A stretch of 64,000 bases of DNA from Chloroflexota bacterium (GCA_027623675.1 JAQBVF010000001.1:32001-96000), one strand, 5' to 3'; shown: positions 28,754-40,019, counted from the stretch's first letter. Numbers and translations: made by a program. Notes: generated by a model from the sequence alone, not told the origin.

Positions 28754-30675
28754 TGAGAGCACAAGGACCGGGAGGCGGCGTCGGCGGCATGATGGGCGGC
28801 ATGCGGGGCATGGGTTCCCACGGCATGCGGGCGGCCAACGAAGACAACCTGAGCGACGACACCATTGTCGGCTCGGTCTACGATCACAAGGTTGTCGCCC
28901 GCCTGATGACCTACATCTGGCCCTACCGGCGCGACGCTTTCATCGCCGTGGCCGCCGTGCTGGTCTACACCCTGGGCAACGTCACGGTGCCGCTGCTGAT
29001 GCTGATCGGCATCACCTGGGCCGTCGATACCGGCGAAGTCTGGCGGCTGCACGTCGTCGGGCTGATCTTCGTGGCCGTCACCATCGTCCATTTCGGGTCG
29101 AATTACGTCCAATTTGTGTTCATACCCAAGGTGGGTCAGGGCGTCCTATATTCCTTGCGAACCGGCATGTTCAACCACCTGCAGGAACTTTCGCCCGCCT
29201 TCTTCCACCGCACGTCGGTTGGCCGCATCATGTCCCGCAGCCAGAGCGACGTACTGCAACTGCAAGAGACCTTCGAGCTGATCGTCCAGAGCCTTTCCGA
29301 CATCCTCAGCCTGGCGGGCATCATCATAATCATGCTGGTGGTCGACTGGCGGTTGGCGCTGGTTAGCATGAGCATCCTGCCCGTGCTCTTCTTCATCCTG
29401 GGTTATTGGCAGCGGTTCGCCCGGCACTCGTTCATGCGTATCCGCAGGGCCATCGCCATGGTCAACGGCGAGTACAACCAGAACATCACCGGCGTTCGGG
29501 TTGTGGAGAGCTTCAACCGGCAAGAAGCCAATATGCAGCACTTCGACGACCTGAACTCGGAGCACCTGAACGCCAACCTGGAAGCCAGCCGGTACTCGGG
29601 CGGTCTGCAGCCCTTGGTGGAAGTGCTGATGGGCATCGGCATGGGGTTCGGCATTGTCTTGGCCGGCGGACTAATGGTCAAAGGCGGCACTTTGGAATGG
29701 GGCGTGCTCGTAGCCTTCGCCCTCTGGATCCAACGTTTCTTCGAGCCGGTGCGCCATCTGACCATGCAGTACAGCCAACTACAGCGGGCCATGGCGGCCG
29801 GAGTCCGCATCTTCGAGGTGCTGGACCTGAATCCCGAGGTTGTCGACAAACCCGACGCCATCAAGTTGCCGGAGATACAGGGAGAGATCAGATTTGAAGA
29901 CGTGGACTTTGAGTACGTCGAAGGCGTCGAGGTCCTAAAGCGGATCAACCTACACGTGAAACCGGGCCAGAACGTGGCCTTGGTCGGCTCCACCGGCGCC
30001 GGCAAGAGCACCCTCGTCACCCTGATACACCGGTTCGCCGACGTGAAAAGCGGCCGCATCACCGTCGACGGCCACGACATCCGGGACGTAACCCGGCACT
30101 CACTGGTCAGCCAGATGAGCATGGTGCTGCAGGAACCCTACCTGTTCTCGGGCACCGTCTCCGAAAACATCCGTTACAACAACGAAAATGTCACCGACGA
30201 CGATGTGGTGGCCGCGGCGAAGAACGTGGGCGCTCACGAGTTCATCATGTCACTGGAGAATGGCTACAACACGGTCCTGGCCGAACGGGGCATCAACCTC
30301 AGCGTGGGCCAACGGCAACTGCTGAGCTTCGCCCGGGCGGTGGTCGGCAACCCCAGGATCATCATCCTGGATGAGGCGACGGCCAACATCGACACCCACA
30401 CCGAGGTGCTGATACAACAAGCGCTCCAGCGGGTGCTTAAAGGCCGGACCTCCATCGTGATCGCCCACCGGCTCTCCACGGTCCGGAACGCCGACAATAT
30501 CGTTGTGCTGGACCACGGCGAGTTGGTGGAGATGGGCAGCCACGAGGAACTTCTGGCCAAGAAGGGCGGAGTTTACGCGCGGCTCTACGCCGTTAATTAT
30601 GGACTGCCCACCGACGACGGCGAAGAAGCAGAAACCGGCCGGACCGCATCGTTCCCCGCGTCGGCCGACGATTAG
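28753..30675 (+). CDS. ABC exporter half transporter (heterodimer partner)
   Basis: TMD plus NBD; GSTGAGKST, LSVGQ, ILDEATA; TGATG overlap with the partner gene. Confidence 0.92.
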   Translation: MRAQGPGGGVGGMMGGMRGMGSHGMRAANEDNLSDDTIVGSVYDHKVVARLMTYIWPYRRDAFIAVAAVLVYTLGNVTVPLLMLIGITWAVDTGEVWRLHVVGLIFVAVTIVHFGSNYVQFVFIPKVGQGVLYSLRTGMFNHLQELSPAFFHRTSVGRIMSRSQSDVLQLQETFELIVQSLSDILSLAGIIIIMLVVDWRLALVSMSILPVLFFILGYWQRFARHSFMRIRRAIAMVNGEYNQNITGVRVVESFNRQEANMQHFDDLNSEHLNANLEASRYSGGLQPLVEVLMGIGMGFGIVLAGGLMVKGGTLEWGVLVAFALWIQRFFEPVRHLTMQYSQLQRAMAAGVRIFEVLDLNPEVVDKPDAIKLPEIQGEIRFEDVDFEYVEGVEVLKRINLHVKPGQNVALVGSTGAGKSTLVTLIHRFADVKSGRITVDGHDIRDVTRHSLVSQMSMVLQEPYLFSGTVSENIRYNNENVTDDDVVAAAKNVGAHEFIMSLENGYNTVLAERGINLSVGQRQLLSFARAVVGNPRIIILDEATANIDTHTEVLIQQALQRVLKGRTSIVIAHRLSTVRNADNIVVLDHGELVEMGSHEELLAKKGGVYARLYAVNYGLPTDDGEEAETGRTASFPASADD

Positions 30676-30703
30676 ACCCGGCAAATAGTTACCGACGTAA
30701 ACC

Positions 30704-30741
30704 AAAAGGCCCGTTCTTGCTCGCAAGAACGGGCCTTTTTT
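30704..30741. terminator. Bidirectional terminator
   Basis: aaaaggcccgttcttgc-tc-gcaagaacgggcctttttt. Confidence 0.85.
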
Positions 30742-30769
30742 GCGGCACTGGTTTCGGTAAAGAGGCCGC

Positions 30770-31432
30770 CTAACCCTCACCGTCAGCGGTGGGTGGCACT
30801 CCCTCAGTCAGGTACCGCTCCATGGCCGATTTGAAGATGTTGTACGGATGGGCGCCGGTAAACAGCAGGTTGCCCACCAAGAAGGTGGGAATGCCGCTGA
30901 TACCGTACTTCAAGGCCTCTTGGTACTGGCCCATCACCGTCTCGGCGTAGGTTTTCTCTTCCAGACTGGTCACCATCTCGTCGGCATCCAGGCCCACCTC
31001 GTGGGCGACCTTGTGGAGCACCTCAAGCTCGCCCAGGTCCTGCCGGTCCTCCCACAGCGCTTTGTAGGCGGCGTGGTGAAACTCCAGGAACTTGCCGTGC
31101 TGCTGGGCGTACTCGGTGGCTTCCAACGAGTAGAGGGTGTTCGGCGTGCGGCGCAGCGGCTTCATGATCAGGCCGGCTTCCGCGGCCTGGCCCCGCAACG
31201 GTTCAGCCAATTGGTCCTCGGTCTCACCGGGACGCGGCGGCCGCTCTGCCCCTTCTTTCGGGGTATCCGGGCGCAGCAGATAAGCCTTGCCCTCGACCTG
31301 GATGTTGTAGTCGTTGGCCAACTTGTCGACCCGCTCCAGGCCGACGTAGCACCAGGGTCAAATATAGTCGTACCAAACCGCCACGCTGACCGGTGAGTTC
31401 TGGTTATTCGTGGTCTGAGTCTGATCTGCCAT
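30770..31432 (-). CDS. DsbA/FrnE-like thiol-disulfide oxidoreductase, probable selenoprotein (UPWC)
   Basis: RBS AGGAG and ATG at 31432; in-frame TGA at 31360-31358 in WYDYI-U-PWCYVG; cis-Pro loop GIPTF; SECIS-like hairpin 31345-31325. Confidence 0.8.
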
Positions 31433-31549
31433 CTGGCCACTCCTATCGGGCACGGCGCAACGCCGGCCGGGTGGGTAGAATCTGGGAACAGGGTATCATC
31501 AAGCGAGGGTCGCCCACCACAATGATCGAGGGTCGCGATCCGGCGAGAG

Positions 31550-32266
31550 CTAGTTCAGGCCGTCCAGCAGTTGGTTCAACTCCGATAGGCTGGCGATGGT
31601 GAGGCAGTCCACGTCGGAGATTATCGCCTTGCGGTTTCCGCTCCGGTCGATCAGCACTGCCTGCATGCCCACACCCTGGGCGCCCACGACGTCGGACCTG
31701 ATCTGGTCGCCCACGTGGACCACTTCTTCGGGAGCGGCGCCCACTTTCTCCAGCGCAGCCAGGAATATGGGCGGATGAGGTTTTTCCACCCCAACTTCCT
31801 GGGAACCGACCATGAAATCCAGGTAGGGCAGCAGGCCGACCCGCCCGCACAATTCGCTCAGGTCACGGCGCAGGTTGGTGATCACGCCCAACTTGTAACC
31901 CGACTCCCGTAGTTGCTCCAGGGCCGGCACGGTGTCGTCGAAGGGTATGAAATCTTTGGGGACCGACATCGCCATCTTCCAGACCTGGCGGGCCAGCCCC
32001 AGCGAAACCGGGATGCCGGCGGTCTCAAGTATGATCTGCTCGTAACGGCCAAAGAAATTCAGGCGGTCTTCGTCCGACCGCAGCGATAGTGAACGCTCTT
32101 CATTCTCGCGGTTGAAAAATACGTCGGCCACGGCATAGCCACGGGTTATGTCGTCTTCATGGACGGTCAACCCAAGTTCGTGGCAAGCGGCCTGTTGTAT
32201 CTCCTCCAACGGGGGCCAGAACTGGACCAGGGTGTTATAGAAATCGAAGGAGACCGCTTTGATCAT
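31550..32266 (-). CDS. HAD family hydrolase
   Basis: AVSFDFYNTL, VITN, EKP.P.IF, HVGD...D. Confidence 0.85.
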   Translation of the reverse strand: MIKAVSFDFYNTLVQFWPPLEEIQQAACHELGLTVHEDDITRGYAVADVFFNRENEERSLSLRSDEDRLNFFGRYEQIILETAGIPVSLGLARQVWKMAMSVPKDFIPFDDTVPALEQLRESGYKLGVITNLRRDLSELCGRVGLLPYLDFMVGSQEVGVEKPHPPIFLAALEKVGAAPEEVVHVGDQIRSDVVGAQGVGMQAVLIDRSGNRKAIISDVDCLTIASLSELNQLLDGLN

Positions 32267-32521
32267 CAGTCCGCCATTCTCAGGATAGTCCAGTAGATAC
32301 AATGGATCGAGGCAATCTGGAGCGAGGGCATTCTAGCATACGCCAATGGTGATGGGAATCGATTTTGAACGTGGGGACCTGATATTACGGGCGGCCGTTT
32401 ATAGCGATTTCCGGGGTTGGTTTCGAATCTCCAAGGGCGAACGCCTTGCGTGCGCCGTGCCTAATCGGTATGCTTGGGACACCGCCTGGGTGGGCGGTAT
32501 TTCGCCGGATTGGAGTTGTGA

Positions 32522-32977
32522 ATGATAGTCGCGGTCGGCGCAGACCACGCCGGTTTCGAGTTGAAGGGCGAGATGATTAGCTGGATGGAGTCGAACGGGC
32601 ACCAGGTCAAGGACCTGGGCGCCTACGAGATGGACACCGACGACGATTATCCGGATTTCGCCGCAGCGGTTGCCGGTTCGGTATGCGCCGGCGAGGCCGA
32701 AAGAGGTGTTGTCATCTGCGGCAGCGGGGTGGGCGCCAGCATCGCCGCCAACAAGGTGAAGGGCATCCGGGCCTGCCTCTGCCACGACACCTACACGGCC
32801 CACCAGGGTGTGGAGCACGACGGCATGAACGTGGTGTGCATCGGCGGCCGGGTGATCGGGATCGAAACGGCCAAGGCCGTGTTGGAGTCATTCCTAGGCG
32901 CCAGCTTCATGCCCGAGGAGCGGTTCCAGCGGCGGTTGGACAAGATCATTCAGTTAGAGCAGAACGGACTGGGCTAA
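32522..32977 (+). CDS. rpiB: Ribose-5-phosphate isomerase B
   Basis: GADHAG..LK, DYPD, ICGSGVG..IAANK..GIRA. Confidence 0.95.
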   Translation: MIVAVGADHAGFELKGEMISWMESNGHQVKDLGAYEMDTDDDYPDFAAAVAGSVCAGEAERGVVICGSGVGASIAANKVKGIRACLCHDTYTAHQGVEHDGMNVVCIGGRVIGIETAKAVLESFLGASFMPEERFQRRLDKIIQLEQNGLG

Positions 32978-32984
32978 GGCCTCG

Positions 32985-33785
32985 CTACTGCCGGTCCAAT
33001 CGGGCCAGCAGCGCCAGCACCTGGGCCACCTCGGTGGGCGATTCCAGTTGGTGCAGGGCCAGGGTCTGTTCCCGGGGCCGCCCGATAAACACGGCCAACC
33101 CACCGGCTTCCTGCACCACGGCAAATCCTTCTTCATCCGTCTGGTCGTCGCCGAAGAACATGGTGAATGGGCTATCCCCGCCGTCACCCAGATCCCGGCG
33201 TATCTTCTGGATCGCCTTGCCCTTGCCCCAGTCCAGGTTGGGCCTGACCTCAACCACCTTTTTGCCCCGGGTGATCCGCATCATACCCGACTCCACATAC
33301 GGCGCGGCGATGGTCACAACCGTGCGGTCGACCTGATCTGCACTCGATTCGGCGGCGTTCCTGAAATGGACGCTAAGGGTCAGCCGCTTGTTGTCCACTT
33401 CCACACCTGGAACACCGGCCAACCCCTCCCGCAATAGACCGCTAACCTCGGCCACGGACGCCTCGAATGCCGCAGCCTCCGGATGGACAAAGTCCATCCC
33501 ACAGCCCGTCATCTCCAATCCGTGATTGCCGGCGTAGACCAGGCCGGGGATGCCCACCTTTTCGGCCACGTCGGCCATTTCCCGGCCCGAGACCACGCCA
33601 ACGGTGAACCGGTCCATGCCAGCCAGTTCGGCCAGCAGCCGGCGCGTGTCTTGGGGTAACAGCGCCATCTCAGGACGGGCAACAATGGGCGTGAGGGTGC
33701 CGTCATAGTCGAACAGCAGGAGAACGTGGGACGCAGCGGCCAGTTGCCGGGACACGCTGGGCCACACATTTAGCAGATGGGGCAT
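32985..33785 (-). CDS. otsB: Trehalose-6-phosphate phosphatase
   Basis: FDYDGTL.PI, VSGR, YAGNHGLE, EVRP...KG, GDD.TDE. Confidence 0.93.
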   Translation of the reverse strand: MPHLLNVWPSVSRQLAAASHVLLLFDYDGTLTPIVARPEMALLPQDTRRLLAELAGMDRFTVGVVSGREMADVAEKVGIPGLVYAGNHGLEMTGCGMDFVHPEAAAFEASVAEVSGLLREGLAGVPGVEVDNKRLTLSVHFRNAAESSADQVDRTVVTIAAPYVESGMMRITRGKKVVEVRPNLDWGKGKAIQKIRRDLGDGGDSPFTMFFGDDQTDEEGFAVVQEAGGLAVFIGRPREQTLALHQLESPTEVAQVLALLARLDRQ

Positions 33786-33811
33786 GGAATCAGCCTACGG
33801 GGGTTGCCGGA

Positions 33812-35320
33812 CTAGAAGCTGCGGATGGGGCGTCGGGCCCGGCGCGTGCCCTGCATCATGTCCACGAAAAGCCTGGCGGCCCACTTGAAGATGTTGTTTT
33901 CTTCAACCACGTTGCGCATGCGGACCATCCGTTCCCGGCGCTCCTTGTGGGGCATTATCACGGCGTCCCGGATGGCGTCGGCGAAGTCGTCGGTGGCGTA
34001 GGGATTCACGATCAGGGCATCGGTCAACTCGCTGGCCGCCCCGGTGAAGGGACTCAGTATCAACACGCCGTCTTCATCGAACCGGCTGGCCACGTATTCC
34101 TTGGCCACCAGGTTCATCCCGTCGTGGAGCGAACTGACCACGCAGAAGCGGGCGATACGCCTTAGTGCGGCCAGAGTGACCGCGGATAGGTTGTCGGGCA
34201 GATAGATTATAGGCAGCCAATTTCCGGTGCCGAACCGGTCGTTAACCGCCTTTAACTCCTCGTCTATCTCGGCCGAGAGATGCTGATAGGCGTCGATCTT
34301 GGTGCGGCTCATCACGCCGGCCTGGACGAACACAACCTTGCCGATGTAGTCGGGGTACACCTCGAAGAACCGCCCGATCGCCCGGATGCGGTGGGGAATG
34401 CCCTTGGTGTAGTCGATGCGGTCGATGCCGAGACCGACGACTTTCCCTCCCAGGTCCATCTCCTCCATCACCCGGCCCATCTCATCGGTCACTTCCTGGC
34501 TCTGGGACTCCTGGGACACATGCTCGAAGTCGACGCTGATGGGGAAGGGCCGCACCAGTGTGGGCTCTTCATTCTGATAGACCACGTTGTATTCGTCGTG
34601 GACCCTAGCGCCAAGCACCCTGGCCGCCGCCTCCATGAAGTTGTTGCAGTGGTCGCCGATGTGGAAACCCAACAGGTCGTTGCCCAGCAGGCCGTCCAGC
34701 AGTTGGTCGCCCCAGGGGCAGATGCGGAATATCTCGTAGGTGGGCCAGGGGATGTGCCAGAATTGGCCGGTGATGATGGTGGGGTCGGCCTGCCTCAGCA
34801 TCCGGGGCAGCAGGGCCAGGTGATAGTCCTGGGTGAAAACCGCGGCGGGGCGGCCGTCCACCTCGTCTAAGACCTGCTTCGCGAAAACACTGTTCACCGA
34901 TTTGTACGTGTGCCAATCGGAGGTCTGGAAGGTTGGCTCGATGAACGCGTTGTGGCACAGCGGCCACAGTCCCTCATTGGAAAACCCGTTGTAATACCCC
35001 TGCTGTTCCTGCTGTGTCAGCCAGACCAGTCTCAGGGTGTAAGAGGGATCGTCGGAAGGAACTTGGATCCGGTTCTTTTCGTCCACGGCATAGAGGTCTC
35101 CCTCTCCGCCGCCATAGGCGACCCAGGTGCCGCCGCATTCCTGCATCAGTGGGTCTATGGCAGTGGTCAGCCCGCCGGCGGGAGATGCGATATGCATCTT
35201 CCCTTCGATAAGTTCATGGATGTATGGCTGGCGGTTGGATACGACGATTAACCGGTAGTCGCCAATCTCGCGGTGGACCAACCGCCGGAGTTTTTCACTG
35301 GTCCAAGTGGGTTCACTCAT
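33812..35320 (-). CDS. otsA: Trehalose-6-phosphate synthase (GT20)
   Basis: [40 protein letters not shown]. Confidence 0.95.
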   Translation of the reverse strand: MSEPTWTSEKLRRLVHREIGDYRLIVVSNRQPYIHELIEGKMHIASPAGGLTTAIDPLMQECGGTWVAYGGGEGDLYAVDEKNRIQVPSDDPSYTLRLVWLTQQEQQGYYNGFSNEGLWPLCHNAFIEPTFQTSDWHTYKSVNSVFAKQVLDEVDGRPAAVFTQDYHLALLPRMLRQADPTIITGQFWHIPWPTYEIFRICPWGDQLLDGLLGNDLLGFHIGDHCNNFMEAAARVLGARVHDEYNVVYQNEEPTLVRPFPISVDFEHVSQESQSQEVTDEMGRVMEEMDLGGKVVGLGIDRIDYTKGIPHRIRAIGRFFEVYPDYIGKVVFVQAGVMSRTKIDAYQHLSAEIDEELKAVNDRFGTGNWLPIIYLPDNLSAVTLAALRRIARFCVVSSLHDGMNLVAKEYVASRFDEDGVLILSPFTGAASELTDALIVNPYATDDFADAIRDAVIMPHKERRERMVRMRNVVEENNIFKWAARLFVDMMQGTRRARRPIRSF

Positions 35321-35640
35321 TGCCCTACCCCATTTGCCCTTTATGTATGATGGATGCGCCGGGCCGGTTCTGCGGTTTCAGGGTTGCGTGGAACTCGGGG
35401 ACGCCTGAGGTTTGGCACTGGACTTTTCCCGGTGCCTAGCCGGAGTAACTCAGACTTATGACAAGCCAAATTCTTCCATATCAGGCGTCAAACGTCAAAC
35501 TGTCCAACCGTAAAAACCCGATCTCCGGTGGCTGTCCGGGGCAAATTGACAGAGCGCCCGCCGGTGAGTACGATAGCCCAATCCCGCGCCTGGCCGACCC
35601 GCCAGACGTGACCAATCAGATTGAGGTAAGAAGGGGCCCC

Positions 35641-36435
35641 ATGTTCGTACGCCGAGACCTGACCGACACAGTTCCAACTCCCTCCGGAAAGATGCATTTC
35701 GTTAAGAAGGGCAGCGGCTACCCGGTGGTATTGCTGCACCCTCTGGGGACATCCATCTGGACGTGGGAGGGCGTGATCGAATCCATCAGCCAGAATTACA
35801 CCTGCTACGCGTTCGACATGCTGGGGCACGGCAATTCCGACAAACCCACCAGAAAATTCAGCCTGCCGGATTACGCTCAGGCGCTTGACCACGCCTGTCA
35901 GGTGCTGAACATCCACCGGGCCCACGTGGTCGGCAACTCGGTGGGCGCGGTCCTGGCCGCCGAGACCGCCGCCAGCTTCCCGGACCGGGTCGACAAGTTG
36001 ACGCTGGTTGGCATGCCGGTTTGGAGTCCATTCACGGCCAAGGAGCGGTTGAAGGAGTCGGCCGGCCAATACGACGCCAAAGGGCTGCCCAAGCCGCGGA
36101 CCCTGAAAAGCCTGAAGGAAGCCACGACCTTCGCCAATCCCAAGCAGGAGTGGCTAGACGCCAACAACCAGAGCAGGGCCAAGGCCGGCATCTGGGTCAA
36201 GAACCTGATGGAAGCGCTGGCGAATTACGACGTTATGTCCCGGCTGCCCATGATCAAGGCTTCCTCCACCATGGTCATGTACGGCGAGGTCGACCGCCTG
36301 CGGGACGGCGCAGACCTGCTGCACAACAACATCATCAACGCCTCCAAAGTCATTCTGCCGGGCATCGGCCATATCCCCCAGGTGGAAGACCCGGAGGCGT
36401 TCTTGGGCGCGCTGATGCCCTTTCTTGACGCCTAG
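35641..36435 (+). CDS. Alpha/beta hydrolase
   Basis: LLHPLG, FDMLGHG.SD, GNSVG, GHIPQ. Confidence 0.85.
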   Translation: MFVRRDLTDTVPTPSGKMHFVKKGSGYPVVLLHPLGTSIWTWEGVIESISQNYTCYAFDMLGHGNSDKPTRKFSLPDYAQALDHACQVLNIHRAHVVGNSVGAVLAAETAASFPDRVDKLTLVGMPVWSPFTAKERLKESAGQYDAKGLPKPRTLKSLKEATTFANPKQEWLDANNQSRAKAGIWVKNLMEALANYDVMSRLPMIKASSTMVMYGEVDRLRDGADLLHNNIINASKVILPGIGHIPQVEDPEAFLGALMPFLDA

Positions 36436-36491
36436 GGACGCATAAGCTCCCTGACCCGCACCACCATAGACCAACGTTTCCAGGAGACAGA

Positions 36492-37469
36492 TTGGCTTCC
36501 ACCACTAACCGGCTGCCCCTTAGGCTCATCGAAACGTTCCGCTCCGTGTTCTACACACCGATCTACGTCTCGGTGGCGGGCGGTTTCCTGGAGGCTCAAG
36601 GACTGGACGTCGATTTCAAGACCTGCCCATCCGAGTTCGCCCACCCGCTGAGCTGCCTGAACCGGGGCGGCGCGGACATCGCCCAAAGCGGCATCATGCG
36701 CTCGATAATCTCCTCGGATTGGGGGGCCGAAACGGTCCCCATGCACTTCGCCAAGATCAACTCCCGCGACGGGTTCTTCATCTTGGGCCGCACCGGCCCC
36801 GACGCCGTTCCAAACGCGGTTCCAAACGCCAAGGGGGAGGCCGCCTTCGACTGGGATCTGCTCCGGGGCGCCAAGCTGATTCCCGTGGGATTTTCCCCCA
36901 TGCCCTGGGCGTCGCTCCAGTTCGCGATGCGCCGCCACGGGGTCGAGCCGTCGGAGTTGGACCTGGTTACCGGTCTGGACCTTGACGGCGCCATGGCCGC
37001 TTTCCGAGCTGGCGAGGCCGAATACATCCACGTGCCCCAGCCCGCGGCGGAGCAGCTTCTGGACGACGGGTCGGGCCATCTGGCGGTTGCCTTGGGGCTG
37101 GAAAACGGACACCTGGCCTACAGTTCCTTCGCCGCGACCCACCATTTCCTGGAATCCCAGCCAGAGATCGTCCAAAGGTTCACCGTGGGATTCGCCAACG
37201 CCCTGGACTGGCTGGCGGCCCACGACGCCCCGGAGGTTGGGGAGGCGGTCGCCGGGTTCTTCCCTCAGGTGAATCCTGAGCTGATAGTGAAGTCGGTCGC
37301 CAGGCTGAAGGCCCAAGACAATTGGCCCACCGATCCCACCCTGGCCCAGCCCGAATACGAGAACCTGCACGACATACTGGTCGCCGCCGGCCTCGCGAAC
37401 GAGCGCCAGCCCTACACCAAGGTGGTCCGAACCGACATCGTTGAGACTGCCCTGGCTTCGCGCAGATAG
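36492..37469 (+). CDS. NMT1/THI5/TauA-like substrate-binding protein
   Basis: SVFYTP.YV....GF...GL, RDGFF..GR, QP.A; no adjacent permease and no clear signal peptide. Confidence 0.75.
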   Translation: MASTTNRLPLRLIETFRSVFYTPIYVSVAGGFLEAQGLDVDFKTCPSEFAHPLSCLNRGGADIAQSGIMRSIISSDWGAETVPMHFAKINSRDGFFILGRTGPDAVPNAVPNAKGEAAFDWDLLRGAKLIPVGFSPMPWASLQFAMRRHGVEPSELDLVTGLDLDGAMAAFRAGEAEYIHVPQPAAEQLLDDGSGHLAVALGLENGHLAYSSFAATHHFLESQPEIVQRFTVGFANALDWLAAHDAPEVGEAVAGFFPQVNPELIVKSVARLKAQDNWPTDPTLAQPEYENLHDILVAAGLANERQPYTKVVRTDIVETALASRR

Positions 37470-37599
37470 CTCCTTAGCGCGCCTGGGACACATCTACCTG
37501 GAGTGCCGGTTGCGTACTTAATGGTGTAAGATATCCTCAGGCAAACAGGCGGCTCGATTCTCCTAATAACGTCACAAATGCCGGACACGGAGGCGCTCT

Positions 37600-38613
37600 T
37601 TGACCACAATAGCGATCGTCGGCACGGGCTTGATCGGAACTTCCCTAGCCCTGGCCATCAAGAACTCGAATCTCCAAGTGGATCTCGTGGGCACCGACTA
37701 CGACAGCACTGCCCGTTCCGGCGCCCAAAAATCCGGGGCATTCAAGAGGGTAGAGGCCCGTCTCGCCAACGCCATCCGGGGCGCCGACGTTGTTGTGTTC
37801 GCCACCCCAGTCATGGCCATGCGCGAGATGATGGAATCGGCCGCCCCCGAGTTTGAAGACGGCTGCGTCGTGACCGACGTGGGCAGTTCCAAGCGCGTCG
37901 TGCTTGAGTGGGCCGACGAAGTGCTCCCGAAGACCGTCAGCTTCGTGGGGGGGCACCCCATGGCCGGCCGGGAAAAATCTGGTCCGCAGAACGCCGACGG
38001 CGAGATGTTCAAGAACCGGGCCTACTGCATCATCCCCAGCTCCACCGCCGACCGCGCCGCCGTTTCCTCCGTCACGACCATGGCCGAGGCCATCGGCGCC
38101 AAGCCATTCTACATCGGAGTGGAAGAACACGACAGCTTCGTCGCCGCAGCCAGCCATCTGCCTTTTATGATGTCGGTGGCGCTGATGGGGGTCACCTCCA
38201 AGAGTCCCAACTGGGATGACATCGGCCCCCTGGCATCCACCGGCTTTGGCGACCTCTCCCGCCTGGCATCGGGCGACCCCGTGATGCACCGCGACATCTG
38301 CGTGACCAACCCCGAACCCATCGTCGCCTGGATGGACGCCTACATCAAAGAACTCTACGACCTGCGCAACCTGCTGGCGGCTGAGGGCGGCCCCAGCCCC
38401 GAAGCGGTGGAGCAGGTGTTTGTCAACGCGATGGACGCCCGGGCCAGGTGGCAAGCGGGCATCTACTCCAAGGTTGACAATATCGCCGGGCCGGCCACCG
38501 AGATTCCATCATTTGCCGAGAGCATGGGCGAGATGTTCGTGGGCCGGCGCGGCATGGACGCCCAGAAGAAAATCTTTAGCGGCCTCAAGAATGACCCGGC
38601 CAACAAGGGCTAA
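37600..38613 (+). CDS. tyrA: Prephenate/arogenate dehydrogenase
   Basis: GTGLIGTS, DVGSSK, GGHPMAG.E, HD...A..SHLP, RLA. Confidence 0.92.
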   Translation: MTTIAIVGTGLIGTSLALAIKNSNLQVDLVGTDYDSTARSGAQKSGAFKRVEARLANAIRGADVVVFATPVMAMREMMESAAPEFEDGCVVTDVGSSKRVVLEWADEVLPKTVSFVGGHPMAGREKSGPQNADGEMFKNRAYCIIPSSTADRAAVSSVTTMAEAIGAKPFYIGVEEHDSFVAAASHLPFMMSVALMGVTSKSPNWDDIGPLASTGFGDLSRLASGDPVMHRDICVTNPEPIVAWMDAYIKELYDLRNLLAAEGGPSPEAVEQVFVNAMDARARWQAGIYSKVDNIAGPATEIPSFAESMGEMFVGRRGMDAQKKIFSGLKNDPANKG

Positions 38614-38673
38614 ACGCGTCCCGGCGGGCAACACCTTCAGCCGGCCCAAGCAGGCCGGCAATAAGGTCAGACC

Positions 38674-40014
38674 ATGAGCGCATCCTCGCTATCCAGCGCC
38701 ATTCCTCCGTCCAGCCCCACCCGCGCGATCAGAAGGGCCAGGTCCCTGGGCGGAGTGCTTTCCGTTCCCGGCGACAAGTCCATCTCCCACCGCTCCATGA
38801 TTCTGAACGCCATCGCCCAGGGAGACGCCCTGGTGCAGGGACTTTCCAGCGGCGAAGATGTGATGTCCACCATGCACTGCCTCCAGGCCATGGGTGTCAG
38901 CATCGAACCGGCAGGAGGCCCCGGCAGCTACACCGTTAAGGGACGCGGCCCCCAACTGGCAGAACCCTCCGACATCCTGGACGCCGGAAACAGCGGAACA
39001 TCCATGCGCCTTCTATCGGGCATACTGGCCGCCCAGCCCTTCATGTCGGTCATCACCGGGGACCGTTACCTGCGGGAACGGCCCATGCTGCGGATCGTCC
39101 AACCTCTGAAACAGATGGGCGCTCAGATCATGGGGCGCCGCGACGACTCGCTGGCGCCGCTGGTGGTCCGGGGCGGCAGCCTCAAGGGCATCGAATACGA
39201 CCTGCCCATGGCCAGCGCCCAGGTGAAATCGGCGATCATGCTGGCCGGTCTGTGCGCGCAGGGCGAGACAATCATCCACCAACCGGCCCTTTCCCGGGAC
39301 CACACCGAGCGCATGGTCTCGGCTATGGGCGGCCTGGTTGAGGAGAACGGGCTGGACCTGAGCATCCAACCGGCCATGCTGAACGCCGTGGACATCACCG
39401 TGCCCGGCGACATCAGCTCCGCCGCCTTCTGGATGGTCGCCGCACTCTGCCATTCCGATTCCCGGGTGCTCATCCGGGGGGTGGGCCTGAACCCCAGCCG
39501 CACCGGGATCGTTGACGTGCTCCAAGAGATGAGCTCCGGCGGCGGCATCGAATTGCTGGACCAGCGCGTCGAGGGCGGAGAACCGGTGGCCGACATACTC
39601 GTCACCCCAGCCGAACTGCACGGCGTGGAGATCGGGGGCGACATGATTCCGCGTCTGCTGGACGAGATACCGGTCCTGGCCGTGGCCGCATGTTTCGCCA
39701 GCGGCGACACCGTGGTCCGGGACGCCGCGGAGCTCCGGGTGAAGGAATCGGACCGCATCGCCACCACCGTGGAACAGCTCACCCGACTCGGCGCCGACAT
39801 CGAGGCCCGCGACGACGGCATGGTGATCCATGGCACCGGCAGGTTGACCGGGGCCGAGTGCGAGAGCCACGGCGACCACCGCTTGGCCATGTCGATGGCC
39901 ATTGCCGGTCTGCTGGCCGACGGCGAAACAACCGTTCATGGCGCGGCCGACGCCTCTGTGTCTTATCCACAGTTCTGGCAGGACCTGGACCTGCTGCTAG
40001 AAGACGTCAGGTAA
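38674..40014 (+). CDS. aroA: EPSP synthase
   Basis: PGDKSISHR, GNSGT..R, ASAQVKS, SRDHTE, KESDR, DHR.AM. Confidence 0.97.
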   Translation: MSASSLSSAIPPSSPTRAIRRARSLGGVLSVPGDKSISHRSMILNAIAQGDALVQGLSSGEDVMSTMHCLQAMGVSIEPAGGPGSYTVKGRGPQLAEPSDILDAGNSGTSMRLLSGILAAQPFMSVITGDRYLRERPMLRIVQPLKQMGAQIMGRRDDSLAPLVVRGGSLKGIEYDLPMASAQVKSAIMLAGLCAQGETIIHQPALSRDHTERMVSAMGGLVEENGLDLSIQPAMLNAVDITVPGDISSAAFWMVAALCHSDSRVLIRGVGLNPSRTGIVDVLQEMSSGGGIELLDQRVEGGEPVADILVTPAELHGVEIGGDMIPRLLDEIPVLAVAACFASGDTVVRDAAELRVKESDRIATTVEQLTRLGADIEARDDGMVIHGTGRLTGAECESHGDHRLAMSMAIAGLLADGETTVHGAADASVSYPQFWQDLDLLLEDVR

Positions 40015-40019
40015 GCAGG

